IMG/VR virus record: IMGVR_UViG_3300036766_000644
Location: 48,685-112,684 of that record
Source: a virus
DNA: 64,000 nucleotides
Strand: one strand, 5' to 3'
Below the pieces are notes generated by a model. That model ran no database searches. It worked only from the letters and a program-made list of their open reading frames with translations, and was not told where the DNA came from. Shown one piece after another: positions 44,529 to 52,517 of this stretch; within the stretch, counting starts at the first letter, position 1, and the number at the start of each line of letters is the position of its first letter. The translations under genes and the position numbers were made by a program.

Positions 44529-44758
44529 GGTGGGCTCACTGCCGTGGATGCGGATCTGAGCTGGGGCTACAAAAAGCGGATCAGCTCGACGGGCTCTGTA
44601 GCATCCAGATCTCAAATGGCTGCTTCACGAAGGCGAACAGGTGGGCCATTCGTCAGAAGCTCATCAAGGCCTACGGGGCGTACACAGACATTGAAGTAGC
44701 CACGGCTGCCCCGTGGCAAGTAGCCATCGACATGTGGCTCGAGGCGGGGAAGCCGTGA
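44525..44758 (+). CDS. paralog 4 of the tandem zinc-ribbon family (77 aa)
   Basis: CRGCGSEL…DGLCS. C-terminal AIDMWLEAGKP. ATGA overlap. Confidence 0.55.
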   Translation: MRWAHCRGCGSELGLQKADQLDGLCSIQISNGCFTKANRWAIRQKLIKAYGAYTDIEVATAAPWQVAIDMWLEAGKP

Positions 44759-44759
44759 G

Positions 44760-45857
44760 CTACGGCACCAGGTGCTCAAAGTCCGGGCATAGCTCCTTGA
44801 CGGAGAGGTACGTCAGGGAATCCTTGATGAGGGCGGCCGACTCTGCTTCGTCGGCTGCCTTCTTCGCCGTGGCTGCTGTGGCGACGGCCGTGTCCGCGGT
44901 GGTCTTGACGGTTGCAGCAACCTGCACGTCGGCGATCTTCGCGGTGCAAGCTTGGGACAGGTTGGTGTTGAAGGTGGCTAGAGCGGGGGCGCCGTTCAGG
45001 GCCTCCGCTTGGACGGCGGCGGCCATCGTTGTGATAGCCGTATCGAAAACTCCCTTAGCAGCGGTGAACGTCGCCAAAGGCCCTGCACCCGGGGCAGCAC
45101 CCAAGTTGATGTACGTCTGCGAAGCCGTTGCAAACACCGCTGCGGCGGCCATGAAGGTATTGACGGACGCCCGGTAGCTAGTCACTGCTGTGTTGGCACC
45201 GTTGAACTGGCCCAGAAGATTTGAACACTTCTGGCTCTCTGCTACGGCCTTCGTGGCGGCGTCGTTCGCTGCAGTAGCTGCTGCTGCGGCGATGGCGTAC
45301 GCGGACTGCGCTGTTGCCGTGGCCGTCCTTGACGCCAGATACTCTGCGTGAGCGGTGTTGTACGCGTCCTTGCGGGCCGTCTCTTCGCTCAGCGTGAGCG
45401 GAAGCGGGATGTCCGAGTAGGTGTACGGGGGGACCGCCGGGGCATTGAGCGGCGCAAGGAACTCGTCGTTGTACTTGTGCCAGTCGGCGATGAGGTTGTC
45501 GACGCGCTGTTGGATCAGCGTCTTCGCTTGGGTCGCTGAGGCGATGTTGTCGTACGAAACGGTGAACTGCGTGGACAGGTAAAGCGTCTGATTGCGCCCT
45601 ACAGCTGTCTCTCTCCCAAGTGCGAGAGTCGTGAGATCGACGATGTTACCGACCCGCAGGAACGTATCGGCCTTCGGGTTGACTGGATCAGTGACCTGGT
45701 GAACGAAGATGTTCGAGGTATAAGGAGAGGCCCCGTAGATAGGTAGGTCTCCTGCCAGCACGGCGTCGATGCTCGAGTCGATCTTGAAGCGCTGAACGCC
45801 GTCCACGTCGAGGTAGACAGTGCAGCGCTGGCCGAGAGTAGTGACGATGGCGGGCAT
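44760..45857 (-). CDS. Ala/Thr-rich hypothetical protein (365 aa); a structural or fibre-like role is speculative
   Basis: Minus-strand ORF embedded in the plus-strand block. Long AxxA/T-rich low-complexity tract. Confidence 0.65.
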   Translation of the reverse strand: MPAIVTTLGQRCTVYLDVDGVQRFKIDSSIDAVLAGDLPIYGASPYTSNIFVHQVTDPVNPKADTFLRVGNIVDLTTLALGRETAVGRNQTLYLSTQFTVSYDNIASATQAKTLIQQRVDNLIADWHKYNDEFLAPLNAPAVPPYTYSDIPLPLTLSEETARKDAYNTAHAEYLASRTATATAQSAYAIAAAAATAANDAATKAVAESQKCSNLLGQFNGANTAVTSYRASVNTFMAAAAVFATASQTYINLGAAPGAGPLATFTAAKGVFDTAITTMAAAVQAEALNGAPALATFNTNLSQACTAKIADVQVAATVKTTADTAVATAATAKKAADEAESAALIKDSLTYLSVKELCPDFEHLVP

Positions 45858-45869
45858 GGGGCCTTGTGA

Positions 45870-46271
45870 TTACGGAATGGCGATGGGGCCTGTGACGCCG
45901 ACGAAGGCGGTCGCAGTGATGTCATACTCTTTACAGAGAGACGTCATGCGTGAGATCAGAGTTGACGCAAAGTCCTGTGCGAGCGCCACCGATGCGAAAT
46001 CTTTGGTCACAGAGGACAGCCGGTAGTACGGGAGATTGGCCCCCTGCGCCGCGAGCAGCGAGTTGGGGTAGGTCTGTACGTCCAAGACGGTCGCTACATG
46101 ATCGAAGAGTCCGTCCGCGACTTTGAAGACGAACACGGAGGCCGCGGCGGGGCTCTCAGGGAAACCCGTCGAAGAGTTGACAACATCCACGACGCGGTAG
46201 GGCGCCGCTACGGATAGCGCCGGGGGAACTGATGCTGTCCGGGTCTGCGTGTGGTTGAGCGTGGCTGCCAT
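45870..46271 (-). CDS. hypothetical protein (133 aa)
   Basis: Minus-strand ORF immediately upstream of 44760..45857. Confidence 0.55.
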   Translation of the reverse strand: MAATLNHTQTRTASVPPALSVAAPYRVVDVVNSSTGFPESPAAASVFVFKVADGLFDHVATVLDVQTYPNSLLAAQGANLPYYRLSSVTKDFASVALAQDFASTLISRMTSLCKEYDITATAFVGVTGPIAIP

Positions 46272-46315
46272 AGTGGCCCAAGTATAGCTGAAATCTGAAT
46301 CTCGAGGGGAGAGGG

Positions 46316-46954
46316 ATGCACATCTACAACACTCCGGGGACGGACGTAAACGGAAGAAACGTCGAGGAGCACCTGCGGTACCAGTACAAGAGGTTCGTCA
46401 AGGAGACGAAGAGGAACCTCCGCTACAAGCCGGTTCGTTGGATCGGTTTCCCGACGGCGTTCGAGGACTTTGATACTACGGAGATGGTAGCGCCGTATTG
46501 GCCGCGAAATGCTCCGCCGCGTAGGCAGGCTGTGACGCGGCTTCGTGCCTGCCGAACGGCCACCTTCTACGCCACCCTGGATACGCTGGACTACGATCAG
46601 CGCCGGGGCGGGTACTACTACGGCTACAACCGCGGCTACGCCCGCGGGATGTTGCTTCACAACTTCGTGGCTCCGTATGAGCCCCGGAACGCTGACCTGC
46701 TTTTGGCTCCGGGGCTTACTTTGTTCATGCGGGGGCCTGAGGCGTACGTGCTGTTGGATACGTGCCTCGAGCAGGGATGCACGCCTTCAGCTGATTACGA
46801 GATCATCTCTTCGTCGCGGTACATCCGCGTCGAGAGCGAGAAGATGCGACTGCTGTTGTACGAGAACATCACGAAGACCACGCCCTTCGACATCGTGTTC
46901 GAGGTGGGCGTTCAGATGGCTGCACCATTCAATTTCAACCTGGAGGCACAATGA
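46316..46954 (+). CDS. hypothetical protein (212 aa)
   Basis: ORF with GC3 bias, divergent from the minus-strand pair. Confidence 0.6.
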   Translation: MHIYNTPGTDVNGRNVEEHLRYQYKRFVKETKRNLRYKPVRWIGFPTAFEDFDTTEMVAPYWPRNAPPRRQAVTRLRACRTATFYATLDTLDYDQRRGGYYYGYNRGYARGMLLHNFVAPYEPRNADLLLAPGLTLFMRGPEAYVLLDTCLEQGCTPSADYEIISSSRYIRVESEKMRLLLYENITKTTPFDIVFEVGVQMAAPFNFNLEAQ

Positions 46955-47742
46955 GCTGCAACCACAACAAGACTGAGTACGACCCCACGCCGTGTGCATT
47001 TTGCGTGGAAGATCAGAGAATCGCCAACGAGCTGGGGTTGATGAAGAAGGCGTTTCGTGGGATGGGGTGGGTCCCCGGGAGCGATGTGACGGAGCTCGTC
47101 TTGAGGGCGCGCGAGGCCGAGCAGCGCTACGCCGAGGCTATCGCCGATAAGGCGGTCCTCCGGGACACCCACGAGAAGCTGAAGCGTGAAGCCGCTGAGC
47201 TGCATGGTCGGCTGAAGCAAGAGGCAGCCATGACGCAGGAGCACCGCGACGTCATCGTCGAGCTGCGAGAGAAGCTGAAGAAGGAGAAGGCGGCGTGGGC
47301 TACGGCGCCCGACGAACTCCGGGCGGCGCGGGCTGTGATGACCGACAAGTACGGCATGTCGCTCGAGGCCGGTGCGCTCCCGAAGCTCCTGGAGGAGCAG
47401 AACAGGCAGATGGAGGCGTTGAAGCGAGACCTCCTCCTCGCGACCGCGGAGATGAACGCGTACCAGCAATCGCACGGGGTGATGTCGCGTTCGATGCAGC
47501 AGCAGGATGCTGAGGTCGGACGGTACATCGCTGATCGTGACGCTGCTCGACGGGAGCGAGACGAGCACAAGGTGAAGCTCTCGCAGACCGAAGAGGTCCT
47601 GAAGATGCTGAACCGGGAAGCTCTGGAGACGTGGAAGAAGGGGGAGAGCAACGTCATCGAAGCGGTCGGAGCTATCCGAGATCGGGTGATTCAGCAGTAC
47701 GAGCGTGAGGCCATGGCCGCGATAAAGGCGCCGAAGACATGA
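46951..47742 (+). CDS. coiled-coil protein with N-terminal CxxC…CxxC (263 aa)
   Basis: ATGA-coupled. Long charged heptad regions. Confidence 0.6.
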   Translation: MSCNHNKTEYDPTPCAFCVEDQRIANELGLMKKAFRGMGWVPGSDVTELVLRAREAEQRYAEAIADKAVLRDTHEKLKREAAELHGRLKQEAAMTQEHRDVIVELREKLKKEKAAWATAPDELRAARAVMTDKYGMSLEAGALPKLLEEQNRQMEALKRDLLLATAEMNAYQQSHGVMSRSMQQQDAEVGRYIADRDAARRERDEHKVKLSQTEEVLKMLNREALETWKKGESNVIEAVGAIRDRVIQQYEREAMAAIKAPKT

Positions 47743-48011
47743 TCGGGGCATGGTACCGCGTTCGAATCACCTACGGCCCAGGGCATCAGGGCGTCCATGT
47801 TGAGTGGACCTGGTCCCCGGAGGAGCCCTCCGAAGATGAGATGAAGGAGTGGTTCGACGAGATCGCCACCCGTGAGTACATGGACTGGCCAATCGGTAAG
47901 GTCGAGAAGATGGACCTCCCTGAAGACGTGAGGCTCGAGAAGATCAAACATTACCAGGCGCGGATCAAAGGAGCTGTTCACATGCTGAAGGTACTTGGAG
48001 AGACGACGTGA
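47739..48011 (+). CDS. hypothetical protein (90 aa)
   Basis: ATGA-coupled. Confidence 0.5.
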   Translation: MIGAWYRVRITYGPGHQGVHVEWTWSPEEPSEDEMKEWFDEIATREYMDWPIGKVEKMDLPEDVRLEKIKHYQARIKGAVHMLKVLGETT

Positions 48012-48454
48012 CGCTCGAAGAAGCGCTCATCGAAGTAAAGAAGCAGCGCGACGACTACTGTATGGCGCTGAGTAAGATCAGCGACATCCGTGACAGCATC
48101 GTCGGGCAGCAGGGGTTCAACTTCAGCGAGCATGCGTACCCACTCGTGGCGGTGCTTGGGTCCGTCGGGTTCGAGGGCAAGGGGTATGAAATTTCTCGGG
48201 AGAACCTGGGGACGCTGATCGAACAGAGGGACCGCGCCGAGGTCGAGCGCGACAAGGCCCGCGCAGCACACGCAGTCATGGCCGAGGCTATGCACCGCAT
48301 GGAAGGCCAGCGGAACGAAGCCCGGGACGAGGTGGCGAGGCTACGTAAACTCTTGGAGGCCGAGGTCACTACGTACACGTGGTCATCCGAGCGTGAGCGT
48401 GCGGTGGCTGCGTTCTGTCGCGACGTACTCGCCTCCACCAAGGAGCCCAAGTGA
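48008..48454 (+). CDS. hypothetical coiled-coil protein (148 aa)
   Basis: GTGA-coupled. Confidence 0.5.
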   Translation: MTLEEALIEVKKQRDDYCMALSKISDIRDSIVGQQGFNFSEHAYPLVAVLGSVGFEGKGYEISRENLGTLIEQRDRAEVERDKARAAHAVMAEAMHRMEGQRNEARDEVARLRKLLEAEVTTYTWSSERERAVAAFCRDVLASTKEPK

Positions 48455-48732
48455 GCGCCACCCCTGGACCCTGGTTCTGGAACGAAGAACGTTGGCTGGT
48501 CGAGACGTTGGATGGGGATCGCGTGTTCAAGGCGTTCGACCCGTACGATGATGTGGATCGAGAGCCCATCGCGAAGGACATGCGTCTTGCCGCCGCCGCG
48601 CCGGAACTGCTGAAAGCGTTGGTGGCGTTGCTGCGGGAAAGCGACGGCGTTGATTGTCGTATCGGCGACCGCTCGGGGAAGGCGGTACGTAGGGCACACG
48701 CAGCAATCAAGAAAGCAAAGGGGATCAAATGA
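48451..48732 (+). CDS. hypothetical protein (93 aa)
   Basis: GTGA-coupled. Confidence 0.5.
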   Translation: MSATPGPWFWNEERWLVETLDGDRVFKAFDPYDDVDREPIAKDMRLAAAAPELLKALVALLRESDGVDCRIGDRSGKAVRRAHAAIKKAKGIK

Positions 48733-48938
48733 AGGAGAAGAGATTTGTCGTGGATGACTCGTCGTCTCTCGGGACCGTAGTGGTCTCGGTGCGGCATCCG
48801 CCGGGCAGTAAGTGGGAGAACTGTGTGGAGCTCTACGTCGAACGAAAGGGGTGTGGTTGTCCGGAAGGACAGATCATGCTGAGCGCTGTCGACTGGGCGA
48901 AGCTGGTGCGGGCCATGGGGAAGGCGGTTCGGCTGTGA
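48729..48938 (+). CDS. hypothetical small protein (69 aa)
   Basis: ATGA-coupled. Confidence 0.45.
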   Translation: MKEKRFVVDDSSSLGTVVVSVRHPPGSKWENCVELYVERKGCGCPEGQIMLSAVDWAKLVRAMGKAVRL

Positions 48939-48998
48939 GCGAAGTACAAGAAGAAGATCTCGAACGAACGCATCGCGTTTACGCATAAGGAGCAGTGA

Positions 48999-49352
48999 AT
49001 GGGCTTCAACACCACAGTAGTTGTGCTTAACGACGCGCTCGACCAGATCTCCAAGGATCCTCTGTTCGGGAAGAAGTTGGCTGACGCTGTCCTGTATCTA
49101 GGTGGCCCCAGCAAGTTCCACCTCGACATCCCGTCGGGGAACAGCTGCAACGCGGCGACGGTCGTCGAGACGCACCACGCCGATGAGGTGGTCGTCGTTG
49201 CCGTCGGGGGCAACATGGGACGGATCCTCGGGTACGGCGGCGGCTACAAGTCGTCGGACCTGGACATGGTGAAGACGCTGGCGTGGAAGCTTGGGTACAC
49301 GCTGCGGATTCGGCCGAATCTCAAGAAGGCGAAGAAGAAGGGGAATAAATGA
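48999..49352 (+). CDS. hypothetical protein (117 aa)
   Basis: AAGGAG lies 7 nt before the ATG. Confidence 0.55.
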   Translation: MGFNTTVVVLNDALDQISKDPLFGKKLADAVLYLGGPSKFHLDIPSGNSCNAATVVETHHADEVVVVAVGGNMGRILGYGGGYKSSDLDMVKTLAWKLGYTLRIRPNLKKAKKKGNK

Positions 49353-49552
49353 CCAAAGAAAACAAGAGAAAGATCAAAGAAGCAATAACGTTGCTTCTGG
49401 AGGTGAAGGCGACGCTCAAGGTGGACTCGAAGACGTGTAGCGAGTGTGGGAGCACCGCACGGCAGCACGGCAGCACGGATGACTGGGCGCTGTTCAACGG
49501 GCTGTGTGATGCGCAGGACATCTTGTATCGGCTGTCGCGGATGGAGGACTGA
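49349..49552 (+). CDS. hypothetical small protein (67 aa)
   Basis: ATGA-coupled. Confidence 0.45.
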   Translation: MTKENKRKIKEAITLLLEVKATLKVDSKTCSECGSTARQHGSTDDWALFNGLCDAQDILYRLSRMED

Positions 49553-49554
49553 CC

Positions 49555-50082
49555 ATGCCTTGTATCCACGATGTTTCGATGTTGGTTCGGTGCGAACAGT
49601 GCGATTCGATGCGAAACCAGGAGCTACTTACTGTGGCCAAGCAAGAGGTTGCTGACTCGACATGTCAACGCTGCGGCGAGGTTGGCGAAGACAGACGTAC
49701 GTTGTGGATGGCGTGCTTCTACGAGATGCAGGAGCTTGGGCTGCCCTTTGGAAGGAAGTCCCTGCTCGAAGCTGACCCTGCGCACCTCAAGCTGCACAAG
49801 CCTGCGCCTACTCTCCCCCTGGGGAACGGGGTGTCGATCAACATCGGGGGTGGCGAAGTCACCACGGACCAGCCTCTCGGGGTTCGTGGCTTCTACACGC
49901 TGCGCGTCTGCAAGGACTGCCGCGCTACGTGGATGTCCGCCATCAAGAACTGGTTCGAGTGGATCGACACGCGGGAAAGGCGTTCCCCCGGGACTGGGAT
50001 CTTCATCCGTCGAAACGGGGCCAACGTCGAGGTGACGGAAGAAGAGTTCCGGGAGATGGCGGCGAAAAAGGAAATAGAATGA
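49555..50082 (+). CDS. Cys-rich hypothetical protein (175 aa)
   Basis: ORF with CEQC…CQRC…CKDC. Confidence 0.55.
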   Translation: MPCIHDVSMLVRCEQCDSMRNQELLTVAKQEVADSTCQRCGEVGEDRRTLWMACFYEMQELGLPFGRKSLLEADPAHLKLHKPAPTLPLGNGVSINIGGGEVTTDQPLGVRGFYTLRVCKDCRATWMSAIKNWFEWIDTRERRSPGTGIFIRRNGANVEVTEEEFREMAAKKEIE

Positions 50083-50273
50083 AAGAAGTCACCTACTTCA
50101 TCGAGGAGAAGATCGTTAACAAATGGATGCGGTTTAACCCCTACGACGGCTGGCCTCTCGGGTTTGTGCGATTGAGCTCTGCCAGGGCGTGGGCTGAGCA
50201 CGAGTTCGGAACGGAGATTCCCTACCGCATCGTGAAGATCGAGAAGACGTTCATACGAAAGGTGGTTCGATGA
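50079..50273 (+). CDS. hypothetical small protein (64 aa)
   Basis: ATGA-coupled. The track begins it at 49929. Confidence 0.45.
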   Translation: MKEVTYFIEEKIVNKWMRFNPYDGWPLGFVRLSSARAWAEHEFGTEIPYRIVKIEKTFIRKVVR

Positions 50274-50524
50274 AGAGTAACCGAGAAGACCTCCGCAACG
50301 AGCGCATCGAGTGGCTGACTCGAGCAGTACGAGCTCTGATGAAGATGGAGTTCGAGGGTGACAAGTACTACCAGATGGAGGTAGGGCGGCAAGACGTTGA
50401 GCTGACTGCGCGTGAGAAAGCGTACAAGGACGCAGCCAAGGCAGTGGACGCCTTCATGAAGGCGCCGACAGCCGAGGAGGCGTTGAAGAAGCTCTACGAG
50501 ATTCCCCCGACGGAGGAGCCATGA
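50270..50524 (+). CDS. hypothetical protein (84 aa)
   Basis: ATGA-coupled. Confidence 0.5.
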   Translation: MKSNREDLRNERIEWLTRAVRALMKMEFEGDKYYQMEVGRQDVELTAREKAYKDAAKAVDAFMKAPTAEEALKKLYEIPPTEEP

Positions 50525-50802
50525 AGAAGTTCACCCAGGGCGACAACGAGCTGCTTCACCGCGTCTACGAGACCCACTTCGCCGATGGGGCGGTGGGGCG
50601 GAAGATCGCGGGGGACATCTCGAGGCTGATCGAAAGGCGGAGCAAACAAGTAAAGAAGCAAGCCGAACGACTCGAAAAGCTTGAAAAAGTTCTGTTGCGT
50701 GTTGTTGAACGGGTTAACCGCGAGGCTGGCCGAGGGACGGGCATCCCGGCGGATCTCCTACACGATGTGAACAACTACGTTGTACCCCTGAGGTTACGAT
50801 GA
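50521..50802 (+). CDS. hypothetical protein (93 aa)
   Basis: ATGA-coupled. Confidence 0.5.
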   Translation: MKKFTQGDNELLHRVYETHFADGAVGRKIAGDISRLIERRSKQVKKQAERLEKLEKVLLRVVERVNREAGRGTGIPADLLHDVNNYVVPLRLR

Positions 50803-51068
50803 GCACGAAGAAGCAACCAAAGAAGATCTCAGAAGAGGAGCGCCTCAAGCGTGCACTGCAGGACGCGAACGCACGCTTGCTGATCCAGAAGTCGTACTCG
50901 CGCAGCCTACATAAGCTGCTGTGCGAGGCGGTGACGTTCGCGCAGGCCATAGCCATCTGCGAGCTCATCAACGATGGGCATCCGAACACGGCCTACGAGA
51001 CGGCGATGATGCGGCTGAGCAACTTTCTGGACAAGGCGGATCGGCTGGTCGATCAGAGGGATCTGTGA
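50799..51068 (+). CDS. hypothetical protein (89 aa)
   Basis: ATGA-coupled. Confidence 0.5.
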   Translation: MSTKKQPKKISEEERLKRALQDANARLLIQKSYSRSLHKLLCEAVTFAQAIAICELINDGHPNTAYETAMMRLSNFLDKADRLVDQRDL

Positions 51069-51346
51069 GCTTGAACACCGAACTGAAGCTGGAGCGCGTG
51101 GTCAAGCAGTCACCGAACAAGTGGCTCTTCGTCTACGAGAAGGAGCAGTACACCGTCGGAGATAGGCACGTGGTGAAGGATCGCTTCGTGTCGTTCTTCG
51201 CAGAAGAGCTCATGGACCAGCGGCTCTTCGAGAAGAGGTGCCTCGAGGAGTTGGGGTTCTGGCCGTGCGCAGAGGATTTGTACCCCGTCACGCAGGGCTG
51301 GCGGTCGTACATCAACCAGTGCTTGGAAATGGTCGAGGAGACGTAG
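51065..51346 (+). CDS. hypothetical protein (93 aa)
   Basis: GTGA-coupled. The track begins it at 50921. Confidence 0.45.
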   Translation: MSLNTELKLERVVKQSPNKWLFVYEKEQYTVGDRHVVKDRFVSFFAEELMDQRLFEKRCLEELGFWPCAEDLYPVTQGWRSYINQCLEMVEET

Positions 51347-51347
51347 T

Positions 51348-52373
51348 GTGTCAAACGCGAAGATAGCTGAAGTCTACATCAACACGCTGCATTACCACAT
51401 CTTCCCGATACGACGGATCATCGGGGCGGGCACTGAGTCAGCTCGGTGCGACTGCCTCGATGATACGTGCCCCAACATCGGGAAGCATCCGCACATCGCC
51501 TGGTCGAAGGAGGCTGGGCGGCCTGAGCACTGGGAGAACTGGCCGCAAGATGGGTTCGGTATTGCGACAGGATCCAGATCAGGTATCTGGGTGCTCGATG
51601 TGGATCCGAAGAATGGTGGTTTCGAAACGCTGGCTCGCTTGGAGCAGGAGAATACGCCCCTACCCAAGACCATCACCGTCATCACCGGATCAAAGGGGAT
51701 GCACTTCTACTTCAAATATCCTGGCGAACAGTACCGAAACACGGCTGGTGCATTGGGGCCCGGCCTCGATACGCGTGGCGATGGAGGCTACGTGGTCGGG
51801 GCGGGGTCCCTCCACAAGAGTGGACGTAGGTACAACTGGCAGAACGGACCAGGGTCAGCTGAGCTTGCTGCGGCTCCTGAGTGGCTGCTGAAGAAGGTCC
51901 AGCAGCCAGCGCGACGAGTCGCCAGTAGTGGGGCGAACCACGGAGAAGAGAAGCAGGGGATGCACTCTTCAGGGTCACCTCGAGTGGAGACAGAGTTCCT
52001 GCTCGAGGAGATGCTCGCTCCTGAGTGCCAACTCACGCAGTGGATGAGGGACTACCCAAATGAAGTCCCTCGGGAAGTGTGGCGTGGGCTGGCCACGAAC
52101 CTGGCCTGCGCTGTACTGGACCACAAGGACCTCATTGAGACGGCTTGTGCGGCGTTCCACGAGATCTCCGAGGAATACGATGGGTACAAGGAGTCCGAGA
52201 CGGAGAAGGTCTTCCGCGACTCGGTCACTGTAGCTGCGATGTACGGACCTATGAGCTTCGAGCATATGGCCCGTGCAGGGATGCCCGCGGAGTATGCGTA
52301 CCCGTCGGACGCGAAGAACCTGTTGCATGCTGCGCGGTTAGCGTGGAGGGCAGAACAAGCTCGCAAGAGGTGA
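51348..52373 (+). CDS. bifunctional DNA primase/polymerase (Prim-Pol) N-terminal domain protein (341 aa)
   Basis: GIWVLDVDPKNGG and DTRGDGGYVVGAGS match the Prim-Pol signature. CDCLDDTC. GTG start. Confidence 0.75.
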   Translation: MSNAKIAEVYINTLHYHIFPIRRIIGAGTESARCDCLDDTCPNIGKHPHIAWSKEAGRPEHWENWPQDGFGIATGSRSGIWVLDVDPKNGGFETLARLEQENTPLPKTITVITGSKGMHFYFKYPGEQYRNTAGALGPGLDTRGDGGYVVGAGSLHKSGRRYNWQNGPGSAELAAAPEWLLKKVQQPARRVASSGANHGEEKQGMHSSGSPRVETEFLLEEMLAPECQLTQWMRDYPNEVPREVWRGLATNLACAVLDHKDLIETACAAFHEISEEYDGYKESETEKVFRDSVTVAAMYGPMSFEHMARAGMPAEYAYPSDAKNLLHAARLAWRAEQARKR

Positions 52374-52457
52374 TGGGACGTGGTAGTTACCGCGACCCCG
52401 CGACGGCTGACACCGTCCACGAACCTCTATACTTCTCAACCTCTGCCATCCCAGGCG

Positions 52458-52504
52458 GGCCCCGGTCGGCGTGTCAGCGCTGGCCGGGGCGCAGTACTTT
52501 TTTT
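52458..52504 (+). terminator. terminator-like hairpin with T7 run between the Prim-Pol and VirE-like genes
   Basis: GCCCCGGTCGGCG…CGCTGGCCGGGGC imperfect stem followed by TTTTTTT. Confidence 0.45.
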
Positions 52505-52517
52505 CAAGGGGGAGTGA

